From NCBI GenBank assembly GCA_038207085.1, contig JBBRAE010000031.1, positions 1 to 31,973 of the forward strand: a DNA stretch of 31,973 bases, written 5' to 3'. The translations under genes and the position numbers were made by a program. Below, in pieces: positions 9,674 through 19,111 of the stretch (position 1 is the stretch's first letter; every line of letters starts with the position of its first letter). Origin of the DNA: Armatimonadota bacterium (GTDB taxonomy: Bacteria > Armatimonadota > UBA5829 > DTLH01). The notes beneath the pieces are model-generated. The model did no database searches. It was not told where the DNA came from and saw only the letters and a list, made by a program, of their open reading frames with translations.

Positions 9674-11503
9674 TTATTTCTCCAGGTAGTATCTAATATT
9701 TGCGACCACGATGTCCCGTCTAAAGAGCAACGCGTATTTGAGTTGGAGCCCCGACTGACCGTGGAGGATTTGGTGCCACCATTTCGCCGGAACAAACTCC
9801 GGCAGGACCACCGTCACGATGTGTCGCGCCCGTTCCTCTTTGACCTCATTGAGGTATTTCATAATCGGCTGAATGACCGACCTGTAGGGGGATTCGAGAA
9901 TAACAAGCGGAATCCCCTGGCCATATTTCTCCCACCGCTCGGTAACAAGCGGGGTAGACTCGGCCTCTGTTTCAATATATACCCCCCGGCAGTCCGGTGA
10001 CAAGCTTTTTGCGTACTGCAGCGCGGGAAGAATGCCGTTGTGTATCCCTGAGACAAGCACTATAACCGTGTTTCTCATCTCAGGAAGCTCGATCGTATCT
10101 TGATCAAGCGGCAGCCTGAGCTGCTCTGCCATCTGCATATAGTGCTGGTTGATCTTCCTGAACATAATCACCAGCAGCAATATCAGCACGACGACGATGC
10201 CGGCTCCACCCCAGAACTTGGTGTAGGCTTGAATTATTGTCACGATACCGGTCAGGATAGAGCCAACGAGGCTGACGAGCCATCCCAGCCCTTTTTCTTT
10301 CAGGCGCCTGCTCCGCACGAACATGCCGGCCTGTGACAGGGTGAACGCCAGAAATACTCCAACCGCGTAGAGCGGGATCAGCTTGGAGACCTCCGCCTTG
10401 AATGCTATTACCAGGACAGCCGCCATAAGTGAAAGCACGATGATTCCGTTTGAGAACACCAGCCGGTCACCGATATTGCCGAACTGTCTGGGCATAAATC
10501 TGTCGCGGGACAGGAAGTAGGAAAGCCTCGGGAAGTCGGCAAAGCTTGTGTTGGCGGCAAGGACGAGGATAGCCATAGTCGCGCCCTGAATCGTGAAGTA
10601 GAACCAGGTCCGCCCGAATATACCTCGCGCGACCATCGAGACGACAGTCTCATGCCCGCCGGTGTGTTCGCTCGGCACGACTCCCATATGGAACGCCAGC
10701 CAGGAGATCCCTATGAACAGCACGCTCAGGATGGTCCCCATCAGAACGAGCGTCGTCGCGGCGTTCTTTGCCTCAGGAGGCTTGAAAGCGGCGACTCCGT
10801 CGGCGACGGCTTCGGTTCCGGTCATCGCGGTACAACCACTGGCAAATGCCCGAAGAATCAAAACCAGTCCAAGTGCGTGGGTAGTTTCTACGATGGGCGT
10901 CGGTGCAGCAGGTAGGCTTCCCGACAGGGCTCTGGTCACTCCCACCCCGATCATCACCACAAAGCTTATGATAAAGAGATAGGTCGGGATCGCAAACAGC
11001 GCGCCCGACTCTTTCACTCCACGCAGGTTTGCAAGCGCGATCATAGCGATGAACATAACCGCAAGCAGAACCTTCTCAGGCGCAAGGTCAGGGAAGGCCG
11101 ATATGATAGCCGCAACACCTGCTGAGATACTTACAGCGACGGTAAGCGTATAGTCGATCAAAATCGACGCAGCGGCAATAAGGCCCCAACCGACTCCGAG
11201 GTTGTCCTTGGAGACAATATAGGTTCCTCCGCCTCTTGGGTATGCCTGGATAGTGCGCCTGTAGGAGGTGATTACCATCCACAAAAGCCCGATGACCACA
11301 AGCGATATCGGCACAGAGAGCCTGAGCGCATACCCACCCGCCGCGACAAGCACCACAAGGATTTCCTGAGTGGCGTAAGCGACTGAGGACATAGCGTCAG
11401 AGGCAAAAACGGGCAGCGCCAGGATCTTGGGGAGTCGTTCATGTGCCGCTCGCCAAGTAGGCAGCGGCTTACCAAACAGAAATCGTCTTACTGAAAAAGC
11501 CAT
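9674..11503 (-). CDS. APC-superfamily permease, KimA/YdaO-like K+ transporter
   Basis: 'LPVFASDAMSSVAYA', 'YPRGGGTY', 'DYTLTVAVS', 'FASGCTAMTGTEAV', 'LIPLYAVGVF', cytoplasmic 'ESPYRS...PEFV..KWWH..LH.Q'. Confidence 0.88.
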   Translation of the reverse strand: MAFSVRRFLFGKPLPTWRAAHERLPKILALPVFASDAMSSVAYATQEILVVLVAAGGYALRLSVPISLVVIGLLWMVITSYRRTIQAYPRGGGTYIVSKDNLGVGWGLIAAASILIDYTLTVAVSISAGVAAIISAFPDLAPEKVLLAVMFIAMIALANLRGVKESGALFAIPTYLFIISFVVMIGVGVTRALSGSLPAAPTPIVETTHALGLVLILRAFASGCTAMTGTEAVADGVAAFKPPEAKNAATTLVLMGTILSVLFIGISWLAFHMGVVPSEHTGGHETVVSMVARGIFGRTWFYFTIQGATMAILVLAANTSFADFPRLSYFLSRDRFMPRQFGNIGDRLVFSNGIIVLSLMAAVLVIAFKAEVSKLIPLYAVGVFLAFTLSQAGMFVRSRRLKEKGLGWLVSLVGSILTGIVTIIQAYTKFWGGAGIVVVLILLLVIMFRKINQHYMQMAEQLRLPLDQDTIELPEMRNTVIVLVSGIHNGILPALQYAKSLSPDCRGVYIETEAESTPLVTERWEKYGQGIPLVILESPYRSVIQPIMKYLNEVKEERARHIVTVVLPEFVPAKWWHQILHGQSGLQLKYALLFRRDIVVANIRYYLEK

Positions 11504-11663
11504 TAAAAATTATCCAATATACGTTCTCTAAATAATACCAATCCCCAGCCAATAACGTTCCTCTAAGAGACGGGGCATCCATTCATATTATATTAGGCAA
11601 GCGAACAGGAGATTCCTTCACACGTGATGCAGGAATTGTGTCGGCGGGGAACGCTCAGTAGAA

Positions 11664-13076
11664 TTATCCCAGCCTGTAATCCGTCGAAAGCAGTCTTAGC
11701 TGATCCCGATACTTGGCGACAGTCCTTCTGGCGATCTGTACGCCGTGGGTTTGCAGGCGTTCGGCGATTTCGTTGTCGGATAGCGGCTTGCCGTTCACTC
11801 GTTCGGTCGCGTAACGTCGGACAAGCTCTTTTACGGGAAGCGCCGCGTCGAACAGCACTTCAAATGGGATCACCTCGCCCGATGGCAGTTGGATCGACTT
11901 GCCATCGGTCGCCCGGCAGACGGTGGACTCGTGGAGGCCTATCTGCTGGGATATCTGCTTGCGGTTGATCGGCTTCAGGTGCTCGGCCCCGAGCTTGAAG
12001 AACTCGAACTGGCATTCTATCAGGTGCTCGGCGACCCGACGAAGCGACGAGCGGCGAAACTCGAGCGCTTCGATCAGCGACCGCGCGTTCTGCACGCTCT
12101 CTTTGATGGTCTGAACGTCCTCTTTGGAGTGCCCGTTCTTTTGGGTCATATCTGAGTAGAGGCTTGCGTAGACCTCGTCCATCCCGATCTTTCCAGCGAT
12201 TGGGTCGACCACTTCGGCGACAAGCCCAATTTCGGTCTCGCGGACGACGACATCGGGGGCAAGCCGGGCCTCACGCCTCGGTGCGAGCGCGTGCCAGGGG
12301 TCGCGGAACTGGCTTGCGGGGTAGGGGTTCAGTCTCTCTCGGATAAACCGAAACGCCGACTCGACGTCGCACTTCTCAAGCCCCATGCGCTTGGCGATCT
12401 CGTCTACCTTGATCTTGGAAAGAAGCTCCCAGTGCTCTGATATGATCACAGCGGCGCGTTCTTTCTCTTCTGAATCGGCCTCGATCTGCTCGGTCTGAAC
12501 CAGCAGGCACTCCTGAAGCGTCCGCGCCGCGATCCCCGGAGGGTCGAGCCGCTGGAGCTTGTAGAGCACCTCTTCCATCTGCGGCACGCTCATGCTGAAC
12601 TGCGAGGCGAGGTCGAACATCGACTCCCGGAGGTACCCGTCCTCATCTAGGCTGTCGACCAGAAATTCAGCGACCGGGATCATGTCTTCTGGGAAATTGG
12701 TGTGAATCTGCTGTCTCAGGTGGTCCGCGAGCGAACACGGCGTCGCGACGAAGGCGAAGGGTTCGAGCTCATCGTTATCGGGAGGTGGTGCGGTCCAGTT
12801 TTCTTCTTTCACCCACTCGTCGGTCTCGCGCTGTCCGGCTTCTTCGTCGGTAAATGCTCGCGACCCGCAGGAGGAGCAGGCGCCTTCCATCATAACCGAC
12901 CCACAGACCGGGCAGATGGCTTCGTCCTCGATGACGAGCGCAGGGTTATCGGCAAGCTCGGAGCGCACGAACTGGTGCAGCTCCTGCAGGCTCATCTTGA
13001 GAACCGCCTTGCCGAGCAGATGCTCCGGGACCATCCCCGGCGACTGTCTTTGAAATTGTCCAGCGCTAAATGCCAA
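11664..13076 (-). CDS. rpoN: RNA polymerase sigma-54 factor
   Basis: 'LDEDGYL', 'LDPPGIAAR.LQECL', HTH 'GLHESTVCRA', RpoN box 'ARRTVAKYR'. Confidence 0.93.
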   Translation of the reverse strand: MAFSAGQFQRQSPGMVPEHLLGKAVLKMSLQELHQFVRSELADNPALVIEDEAICPVCGSVMMEGACSSCGSRAFTDEEAGQRETDEWVKEENWTAPPPDNDELEPFAFVATPCSLADHLRQQIHTNFPEDMIPVAEFLVDSLDEDGYLRESMFDLASQFSMSVPQMEEVLYKLQRLDPPGIAARTLQECLLVQTEQIEADSEEKERAAVIISEHWELLSKIKVDEIAKRMGLEKCDVESAFRFIRERLNPYPASQFRDPWHALAPRREARLAPDVVVRETEIGLVAEVVDPIAGKIGMDEVYASLYSDMTQKNGHSKEDVQTIKESVQNARSLIEALEFRRSSLRRVAEHLIECQFEFFKLGAEHLKPINRKQISQQIGLHESTVCRATDGKSIQLPSGEVIPFEVLFDAALPVKELVRRYATERVNGKPLSDNEIAERLQTHGVQIARRTVAKYRDQLRLLSTDYRLG

Positions 13077-13151
13077 TTGAACCCTTACCTCTGTGGGTTG
13101 TGATTACCTGGTAATATTATCGGGATTGAGGGGGCTGGGGGTTAGTGTAGC

Positions 13152-13331
13152 ATGTTGGCCCGGATAGCGCCGATGTTGCCCCGGATTGAGCCGATGTTGG
13201 CCCGGATTTGCAATCCGGGGCCCAAGGGCAGTCAAGGGATCTGTGATCCCGTTCTTTCGACTGTGCCCAATCTACCGGCATCACAGATGCCTGTCCGGCC
13301 CAAACGTCCCGGATAACATATCCGGACGAAC
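13152..13331. repeat. REP-like repeat cluster (21-bp tandem units plus palindromes)
   Basis: ATGTTGSCCCGGAT units at 13152, 13173, 13194; the third extends into CCCGGATTTGCAATCCGGG. Variant CGTCCCGGATAACATATCCGGACGAAC at 13305-13331 in the opposite orientation. Confidence 0.7.
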
Positions 13332-13344
13332 ATACACCCATCCT

Positions 13345-14706
13345 CTAAATCCCAAACTCCTTAAGTTTATTTCGAAGCGTCTTGCGGTCGATCCCCAGCG
13401 CAGCCGCCGCACGGGTCTGGTTGTTCTCGCAGTTTTCGAGAACTCTCAGGATATGCTGTCGCTCCACTTCGGCGAGGGTGCGCATGTCGTTTGTCGGCGC
13501 AGGCTCGACCGCTTGCGTCGGAGCGACTTCGGTCATTTCCTCGCTAAAGAGCAGGTGCTGCGGCAGGATCGTTCGCCCGTTACAGAGTATTACCGCCCGC
13601 TCGATGCAATTTTCAAGCTCGCGAATATTCCCCGGCCACGGGTAATGCTGAAGCATCAGCATCCCCTCCGGCGCGATTCCGACGATCCCCTTGCCGGTTT
13701 CCACTCCGTATTTCCTGATGAAATGCTCGACCAACTGCGGCACGTCCTCGCTTCTGTCACGAAGCGGCGGCAGCGAGATCGTGAAGACGTTCAGCCTGTA
13801 GAACAGGTCCTGCCTGAACTCCTTCAGCTCTATCGCTTCTTTTAGATTTCTATTAGTCGCGGCGATGATGCGAACGTCGGTCGAGATCGTTTGGCTGCCG
13901 CCGACGCGCTCGAACTGCTTCTCCTGAAGCACGCGCAAGAGCTTCACCTGGACGGACTGGGAGGTGTCCCCGATCTCGTCGAGGAAGAGCGTGCCGCCAT
14001 CGGCCATCTCAAAGCGCCCGATCCTCCGCGCAATCGCGCCGGTGAACGACCCCTTTTCGTGCCCGAAAAGCTCACTTTCAAGAAGCGATTCGGGAAGCGC
14101 CGCGCAGCTCACCTTCACAAACGGGCCGTTAGCCCGAGCGCTTTGGTAGTGAATCGCCCGCGCGAGGTATTCCTTGCCCGTGCCCGTTTCGCCCAGGATC
14201 AGCACGGACGCCGAGCTGTCGGCGACTTTGGCGGCCATCACGTAGGCCTTTTGCGCCTCCTGTGAGAGCCCGATCACGTTGTCGAACCCGTAGGTGGTGC
14301 GAAGCTCGGTGCGCAGATACTCGTTCTGGTCGATCAGACGATGCCGCTCGATCGCGCGCTCCGCGACAAGCTGCACGTCGTCGAGGTCAAAGGGTTTGGT
14401 GATGTAGTCATACGCGCCGAGCCTCATCGCCTCGATCGCCGTCTTCATCGAAGCGTAGCCCGTTATGATTATCACAGGAACGTCGGGTTTCGCCTCTTTA
14501 AGCGTCCGAAGCAGCTCAAGGCCGTCGACTCCGGGTAGGCTTAGGTCGAGTATCACAAGGTCATTGTCGCCCGCAAGCGACGCCTGAAGCCCCGAGTGCC
14601 CATCGCCCTCGACCTGGGTGTCATATCCGAGACCGCCGAAAAGCTCCGCGAGCAGGGTAGTGATCCCCGGCTCGTCGTCAATTATCAAAATCCTTTTGTT
14701 GCTCAT
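13345..14706 (-). CDS. Sigma-54-dependent response regulator (NtrC/AtoC family: REC + AAA+ + Fis HTH)
   Basis: REC (ILIIDDE, DLSLP, KPFD), Walker A GETGTGKE, ESELFGHEKGSFTGA, FLDEIG, FRQDLFYRLNV, WPGNIRELEN, HTH 'LGIDRKTL'. Confidence 0.95.
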   Translation of the reverse strand: MSNKRILIIDDEPGITTLLAELFGGLGYDTQVEGDGHSGLQASLAGDNDLVILDLSLPGVDGLELLRTLKEAKPDVPVIIITGYASMKTAIEAMRLGAYDYITKPFDLDDVQLVAERAIERHRLIDQNEYLRTELRTTYGFDNVIGLSQEAQKAYVMAAKVADSSASVLILGETGTGKEYLARAIHYQSARANGPFVKVSCAALPESLLESELFGHEKGSFTGAIARRIGRFEMADGGTLFLDEIGDTSQSVQVKLLRVLQEKQFERVGGSQTISTDVRIIAATNRNLKEAIELKEFRQDLFYRLNVFTISLPPLRDRSEDVPQLVEHFIRKYGVETGKGIVGIAPEGMLMLQHYPWPGNIRELENCIERAVILCNGRTILPQHLLFSEEMTEVAPTQAVEPAPTNDMRTLAEVERQHILRVLENCENNQTRAAAALGIDRKTLRNKLKEFGI

Positions 14707-16271
14707 CCGTTGCGCGAAAGCGCCTCCTCAACTACAGCAGAGAGTTTCTCAATGGTGACGGGCTTTGCAAGCACCACGTCCACCTTGGACCTCTCAAGTT
14801 CAGTTCTGTCTATCGCCGCTCCCCATCCGGTCAGCATGACGACCGGAGTCCGCCCTGAAATCTCTTTTATCGCCTCTGCGACCTGCCAGCCCGACATTCC
14901 CGGCATCCCGAGGTCGGTGATAACGAGATCAAACTCACCCGAACGAAACGCTTCGACGCCCGAGCCGCCGTCCGCCGCCGAAGCCGCCGAGTGTCCGCAA
15001 ACCTCAAGCATCTCAACGATTGCGCGGGCGAAAAGCTCCTCGTCGTCGATCACAAGCACCCTCGCGCTTTTGCCTGAAACTGCGAGCCCTGCGCCAGAAT
15101 CTCCGGCGATCGTTGCGGGTATTTCTACCGATGGAAGCGTGACGGTAATCGTCGTCCCGACTTCGGGCTCACTTTCAACCGAAATGCGGCCTCCGTGGCG
15201 CTTGGCGATCCCATAGGCGACGCTCATCCCGAGGCCTGTCCCCGCGACCCCGCGCGTGGTGAAGAAGGGGTCAAAGACCCGCTTGCGCGTGTCCTCGCTC
15301 ATCCCGACGCCGTCGTCTTTGATCCTGACCCAGCAGTTTGATCCGTCAATTCCGGTCGAGACCTCTATTTTGCCGCCCTGGGGCATCGCCTGCGCCGCGT
15401 TCAAGAGTAGATTTGTAACGACCTCGCGCAGTTCATGAGCGCTTCCCTTGACCCAAGCCTCGGCTCCGGCGTCGAGCGCGACTTTGATCTCGCAGCCCGC
15501 GCTTTTTGCCGTGTTCTCCACGACCGGGCGCATCATCTCGACGACCTGCGCGGCGAGCTTCGATAGGCTGAGCATGACCGGCGGCTCCTCGGGGAGGCTG
15601 CGGGTGAACTCCTGGATCCTTCGCACCGTGTCTACCCCATCCTGCGCCGCCCGCTGCGCCGATTCGAGTTTGGCCAGCGCTCTGGGCTCGGTCACTGACC
15701 TTTGTAGCAACTGGATATTGCCGAGGATGATCCCCAGGATGTTGTTAAAATCGTGTGCGACTCCGCTTGCGATCTCTCCGACCGCCCGGAGTTTTTCGCT
15801 CTGCACGAGCTGGTCCTGTGCTGCCCGGAGGTCTTGGTAGGCGCGTTTGACGGCTCCTTCAAGCTCCCGTCGGCGGGTGATATCGCTAAAAATCTCGACC
15901 CGGCCGATGCAGGCGCGAAACTCGTCAAAAAGCGGTGCGCTGTATCTATGGATAACCCGAGCATCATCCCCGGCAAGCTCGAGCACGTCATCGAGCACCT
16001 CTTCGGGGCTTTCCCAAACTCGTCTACAGCTCGCCTCATACTCCCGAGGGTCACGCAGTCGCCCCTTGATGACCTCGACCGCTTCCTCGCGGGTGCGTCC
16101 GACTATGGAGCTTGGTTCTATTCCAAGCAGGTGAAAGACGTTAGAGTCCGTATAGGCGACGCACCGGTCGTTGTCGATGACAATAACCCCGCGGCTCCCA
16201 GCCGGGCCCTGCAACTGAAACGACGGCGCGGCAAATTGATCCTCTGATGTTCTAGCGGACTCCAAACCCAC
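14703..16271 (-). CDS. Hybrid sensor histidine kinase (PAS-HisKA-HATPase_c-REC)
   Basis: GVAHDFNNIL H-box, NLLLNAAQAM, DDGVGM, FDPFFTT, GTGLG, C-terminal receiver (IDDE, TDLGMP, KP). 4-bp ATGA overlap with the downstream regulator. Confidence 0.93.
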   Translation of the reverse strand: MGLESARTSEDQFAAPSFQLQGPAGSRGVIVIDNDRCVAYTDSNVFHLLGIEPSSIVGRTREEAVEVIKGRLRDPREYEASCRRVWESPEEVLDDVLELAGDDARVIHRYSAPLFDEFRACIGRVEIFSDITRRRELEGAVKRAYQDLRAAQDQLVQSEKLRAVGEIASGVAHDFNNILGIILGNIQLLQRSVTEPRALAKLESAQRAAQDGVDTVRRIQEFTRSLPEEPPVMLSLSKLAAQVVEMMRPVVENTAKSAGCEIKVALDAGAEAWVKGSAHELREVVTNLLLNAAQAMPQGGKIEVSTGIDGSNCWVRIKDDGVGMSEDTRKRVFDPFFTTRGVAGTGLGMSVAYGIAKRHGGRISVESEPEVGTTITVTLPSVEIPATIAGDSGAGLAVSGKSARVLVIDDEELFARAIVEMLEVCGHSAASAADGGSGVEAFRSGEFDLVITDLGMPGMSGWQVAEAIKEISGRTPVVMLTGWGAAIDRTELERSKVDVVLAKPVTIEKLSAVVEEALSRNG

Positions 16272-16660
16272 GTGTGCTTCCTTTCAACCTCAGGCATAGC
16301 GACCAATGATATCTTCCTGTTTTTGGGGTCGGTTGTCAAGGGGAGTATCAGTTCAGAGTTCAGAGCACGATGGCCCGGTAGATGTCTGCCGGGCTCCGCT
16401 ATCCGGGACATTCGTCCCCAATCCACCTTGCGTTGTGTGAAGAACGTAACGACAATATGCACCACGTCCAACAAATTACAAGTTTTCTACAAATAAGGCC
16501 AAGGAAAACCATCTCAATTGGTCTAAATAAGGTATAATGCCACGGACGATTGCTATCTCTGAGGGAATGGCGGTTTTTGCCATTTCCTTTCCCGCAAACA
16601 GGCGCGCTTGCGCGCTGAGTTGCTCTGCGGGCAGCGTCGAGCATACGAGGAGGGTTTACC

Positions 16661-17653
16661 ATGCGTCGTGTCTGCAACATCACTGCTTTTGCTATCTGTT
16701 TGATCACCACATTGACCGCCCTGCCGGGCACGGTCTGGGCCCAGGTGCCGCCAGGCCAGGACAAGAACCGGGAGTATACCGCCGAGCAGATCAGGAGTAT
16801 AGCTCCCGAGTCGTTTTTGGAGTTGATGGAGAAGCCGGACCCGGGGTATGAGAGGTTCGCGGCGCTTCGCGCACTTGGCACAAAAGCCCGGGAGAGCGAT
16901 CCGAACGCCCGACTGAACATACTCAATATGGTCACCAGGGTGATGTATGACAAGTCGCGCTCTGAGTTCATCCGGTTCCAGTGCTGCTACGTGATCAGTG
17001 CTAGCAAGGACGAGCGGGGCCTGCCGTGTCTCATTTATGTGTTGCAGAAGGACCGATCGGAAACGATGCGTTCGGTGGCTGCCGAGGCGATCTCCCAGTA
17101 TCCCAACTTTTCATCAAACACAGTCATCATGGACGCCCTGCGCTTGGCCGCTCGCACTGATCAGAGTGCAAAGGTGCTCGAAGTTGTCAACCGTAGTCTG
17201 AATACGGGCAAAGTCGCGTATACCGCTGACCAGGTCGCAAAGATCCCCGCGCAAGACTTCCTCAAGTTTATGAACCAGCCTGAGCCGGGATACGACAAGT
17301 TCGCCGCGATGAACGCTCTTACCCAGAAGCTCAAACAGAGCGACCAGAGCGAACGCGAGTCGATCATGAAGATGGTGATCGCTCAGATGAACGACAAGTC
17401 CCTGGCTCAGATTCCGCGCTGGCAGTGCTGCTACGTGATCAGCGGCAGCGGCGATGTAACCGGGATTGACGCCCTGATCAAGGTAATGATGAACGACGAC
17501 CAGCCGATACTGCGAAGCGTCGCAGCCGAAGCGCTCGGGCAGTTCCCGAACAGTCCCACCATCCACGACGCGCTTGTAAAGGCACGGAGCAAGGAGAACA
17601 ATGAGACGGTCCTCCAGTCTCTGAACAAGGTTCTCAGTAAGACCGGTTCCTGA
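16661..17653 (+). CDS. Secreted HEAT/PBS-lyase-like repeat protein with two ~150-aa duplicated domains
   Basis: GAGGAGG SD, signal peptide (..TVWAQ), two copies of YTA.Q...PGY..FAA...R.QCCYVIS...RSVAAEA..Q.PN. Confidence 0.7.
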   Translation: MRRVCNITAFAICLITTLTALPGTVWAQVPPGQDKNREYTAEQIRSIAPESFLELMEKPDPGYERFAALRALGTKARESDPNARLNILNMVTRVMYDKSRSEFIRFQCCYVISASKDERGLPCLIYVLQKDRSETMRSVAAEAISQYPNFSSNTVIMDALRLAARTDQSAKVLEVVNRSLNTGKVAYTADQVAKIPAQDFLKFMNQPEPGYDKFAAMNALTQKLKQSDQSERESIMKMVIAQMNDKSLAQIPRWQCCYVISGSGDVTGIDALIKVMMNDDQPILRSVAAEALGQFPNSPTIHDALVKARSKENNETVLQSLNKVLSKTGS

Positions 17654-17705
17654 GCTATATAGTCCTTGAGACGGGCGGCAGTAATACCGATGTCCCAAAT
17701 AGCAG

Positions 17706-17729
17706 CGCCGGGGAGGAATCTCCCCGGCG
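17706..17729. terminator. GC-rich hairpin between convergent genes
   Basis: CGCCGGGGAG-GAAT-CTCCCCGGCG perfect 10-bp stem; no clear U-tract. Confidence 0.45.
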
Positions 17730-17743
17730 ATCACGATTATACT

Positions 17744-18589
17744 CTACTTAGCCGCCTCAAGCGTGCAAATCGCCCCCGGGCGCTTGATCCGTAGCGCGAC
17801 GCTCTCCATCACCCGGAACGGATGGTTCAGGTTCGCCGGGCCGAGGTACCCCGTCACGTAGTCCTGGGCGATGGCGATATCGAGGTTCTGCACGCCGGTC
17901 GAGACGACCACGCCGTAGTCGGCTATCGCAGGCGACTGATAGACCCCAGCCGTCGCGACGTCACGGATATGGTTGATCTCAAGGACTCCCGTGTTTGCGT
18001 ACACCCGGTGCATCTGGGCGAAGCGTCTCGGACTCACGGCGACGGCGTACGGCCCGTAGAACCCACCCGCGACGAGCTTTTGGATCGCCGCGACCACGTC
18101 CTCAAACGCCCCGCCTGCCTCGTCCCAGTTGTGGGCTTCGACCTTGTTGCGTCCGGTCGCGGTGAGGAGCCCCTGGAACCCGAGCGCGGGGTCGCCGTTG
18201 AAGATGATATCGTCTTCTTTTTGTGCGACGAACGCCGACGCGGCTGCCGCTGCGGCCACATCGAGCGGAAGCCCAATCCTGCGGCTTGACTCGATATCGC
18301 GCCAGAAGACGATGAAGTCCTTGTAGATCAAAGGCAGGTTCTGGTGACGGCGATCGAGCGGCTGGACAACGTTTTCGTCGCCCCTGCCGAGCATATCCAC
18401 CGCCGCCTCTTCGATCCCACTGAAAGTATCGAATATTACGTCCTGAAGCCCCGCTCCAAGCGGGCCAAACACGCTTATGAAGCGTCGTCCTACAAGCTGT
18501 CTCGTCGCAGCCTGGACCACAATGTTGTCTATCGCAGCCCACTCGGAGTCGGTGAGCGGAGCATCGCCCCGTGCTAGCAGATCGATCAT
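17744..18589 (-). CDS. Family 1 encapsulin nanocompartment shell protein (Linocin M18-like)
   Basis: 'MIDLLARGDAPLT..EW..ID', 'GRRFI...GPLG.G', 'WRDIE', 'EDDIIFNG', 'GFYGPY', 'DIAIAQD', 'ES.ALRIKRP.AI'. GGAGG SD supports ATG 18589 rather than 18739. Confidence 0.9.
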   Translation of the reverse strand: MIDLLARGDAPLTDSEWAAIDNIVVQAATRQLVGRRFISVFGPLGAGLQDVIFDTFSGIEEAAVDMLGRGDENVVQPLDRRHQNLPLIYKDFIVFWRDIESSRRIGLPLDVAAAAAASAFVAQKEDDIIFNGDPALGFQGLLTATGRNKVEAHNWDEAGGAFEDVVAAIQKLVAGGFYGPYAVAVSPRRFAQMHRVYANTGVLEINHIRDVATAGVYQSPAIADYGVVVSTGVQNLDIAIAQDYVTGYLGPANLNHPFRVMESVALRIKRPGAICTLEAAK

Positions 18590-18618
18590 AGTGGATCCTC
18601 CAAAGTGTTCATACTGAC

Positions 18619-18648
18619 AAAAAAGGTGCCCGCCGAAACTCGGCGGGC
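18619..18648 (-). terminator. Intrinsic terminator just upstream of the encapsulin start
   Basis: On - strand GCCCGCCGA-GTT-TCGGCGGGC-ACC-TTTTTT. Confidence 0.7.
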
Positions 18649-18844
18649 TAACAGGGATGCTACCACAACACTTGAAAGGAGAAGAAGATGTTCGGTAAAG
18701 ATAGAAGCTTCGCGTTAGCTTGGCTACTGTCTTCACCACTAGCTATGTTCCCCAGTAATAATACCTGCAAACCACTTGGCAACAAATATTTTGTACATAG
18801 ATCAGGTTATACACAATAGTGACACGTAATGGTAGGGGTACGTC

Positions 18845-18886
18845 GAAGAGGCCCCGGTGTATGAAATCCCACACCGGGGCCTCTTC
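18845..18886. terminator. Long perfect hairpin (terminator or sRNA 3' stem)
   Basis: GAAGAGGCCCCGGTGT-(10 nt)-ACACCGGGGCCTCTTC, 16-bp perfect stem. Confidence 0.55.
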
Positions 18887-19111
18887 AAGGAGATGAAAGG
18901 AGAATCGTATGTCGTATGTTAACCGCCGATATTATGGCGGGAGATGCTGAACCGTTGCATTCAAGCCCAGCACGACCAGTCAATCATCCATATTCAAGTA
19001 TTAGAAATATTCCACGTGCTGCGATGCCTGTACAATGATTTTTCGCCAATATTGTAGAATAACACAATAGTTGTAAACCCAGAGGACGCCCCGCGTGTCA
19101 TAAGTGATGAG

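Noticed and set aside
11504..11663. c-di-AMP (ydaO) riboswitch upstream of the KimA-like gene
   Set aside because: The region is short and I could not find the conserved riboswitch motifs.
13152..13222. 21-bp repeats as a mini CRISPR array
   Set aside because: Units are directly tandem with no spacer-length unique sequence and no cas genes; better explained as REP-like.
18590..18739. 50-aa N-terminal extension of the encapsulin as fused cargo
   Set aside because: It runs through a terminator, and a GGAGG SD marks ATG 18589 as the start.
18763..18782. Sigma-54 promoter on the - strand (TGCCAA-N5-TTGCA)
   Set aside because: It has GC rather than the invariant GG at -24.
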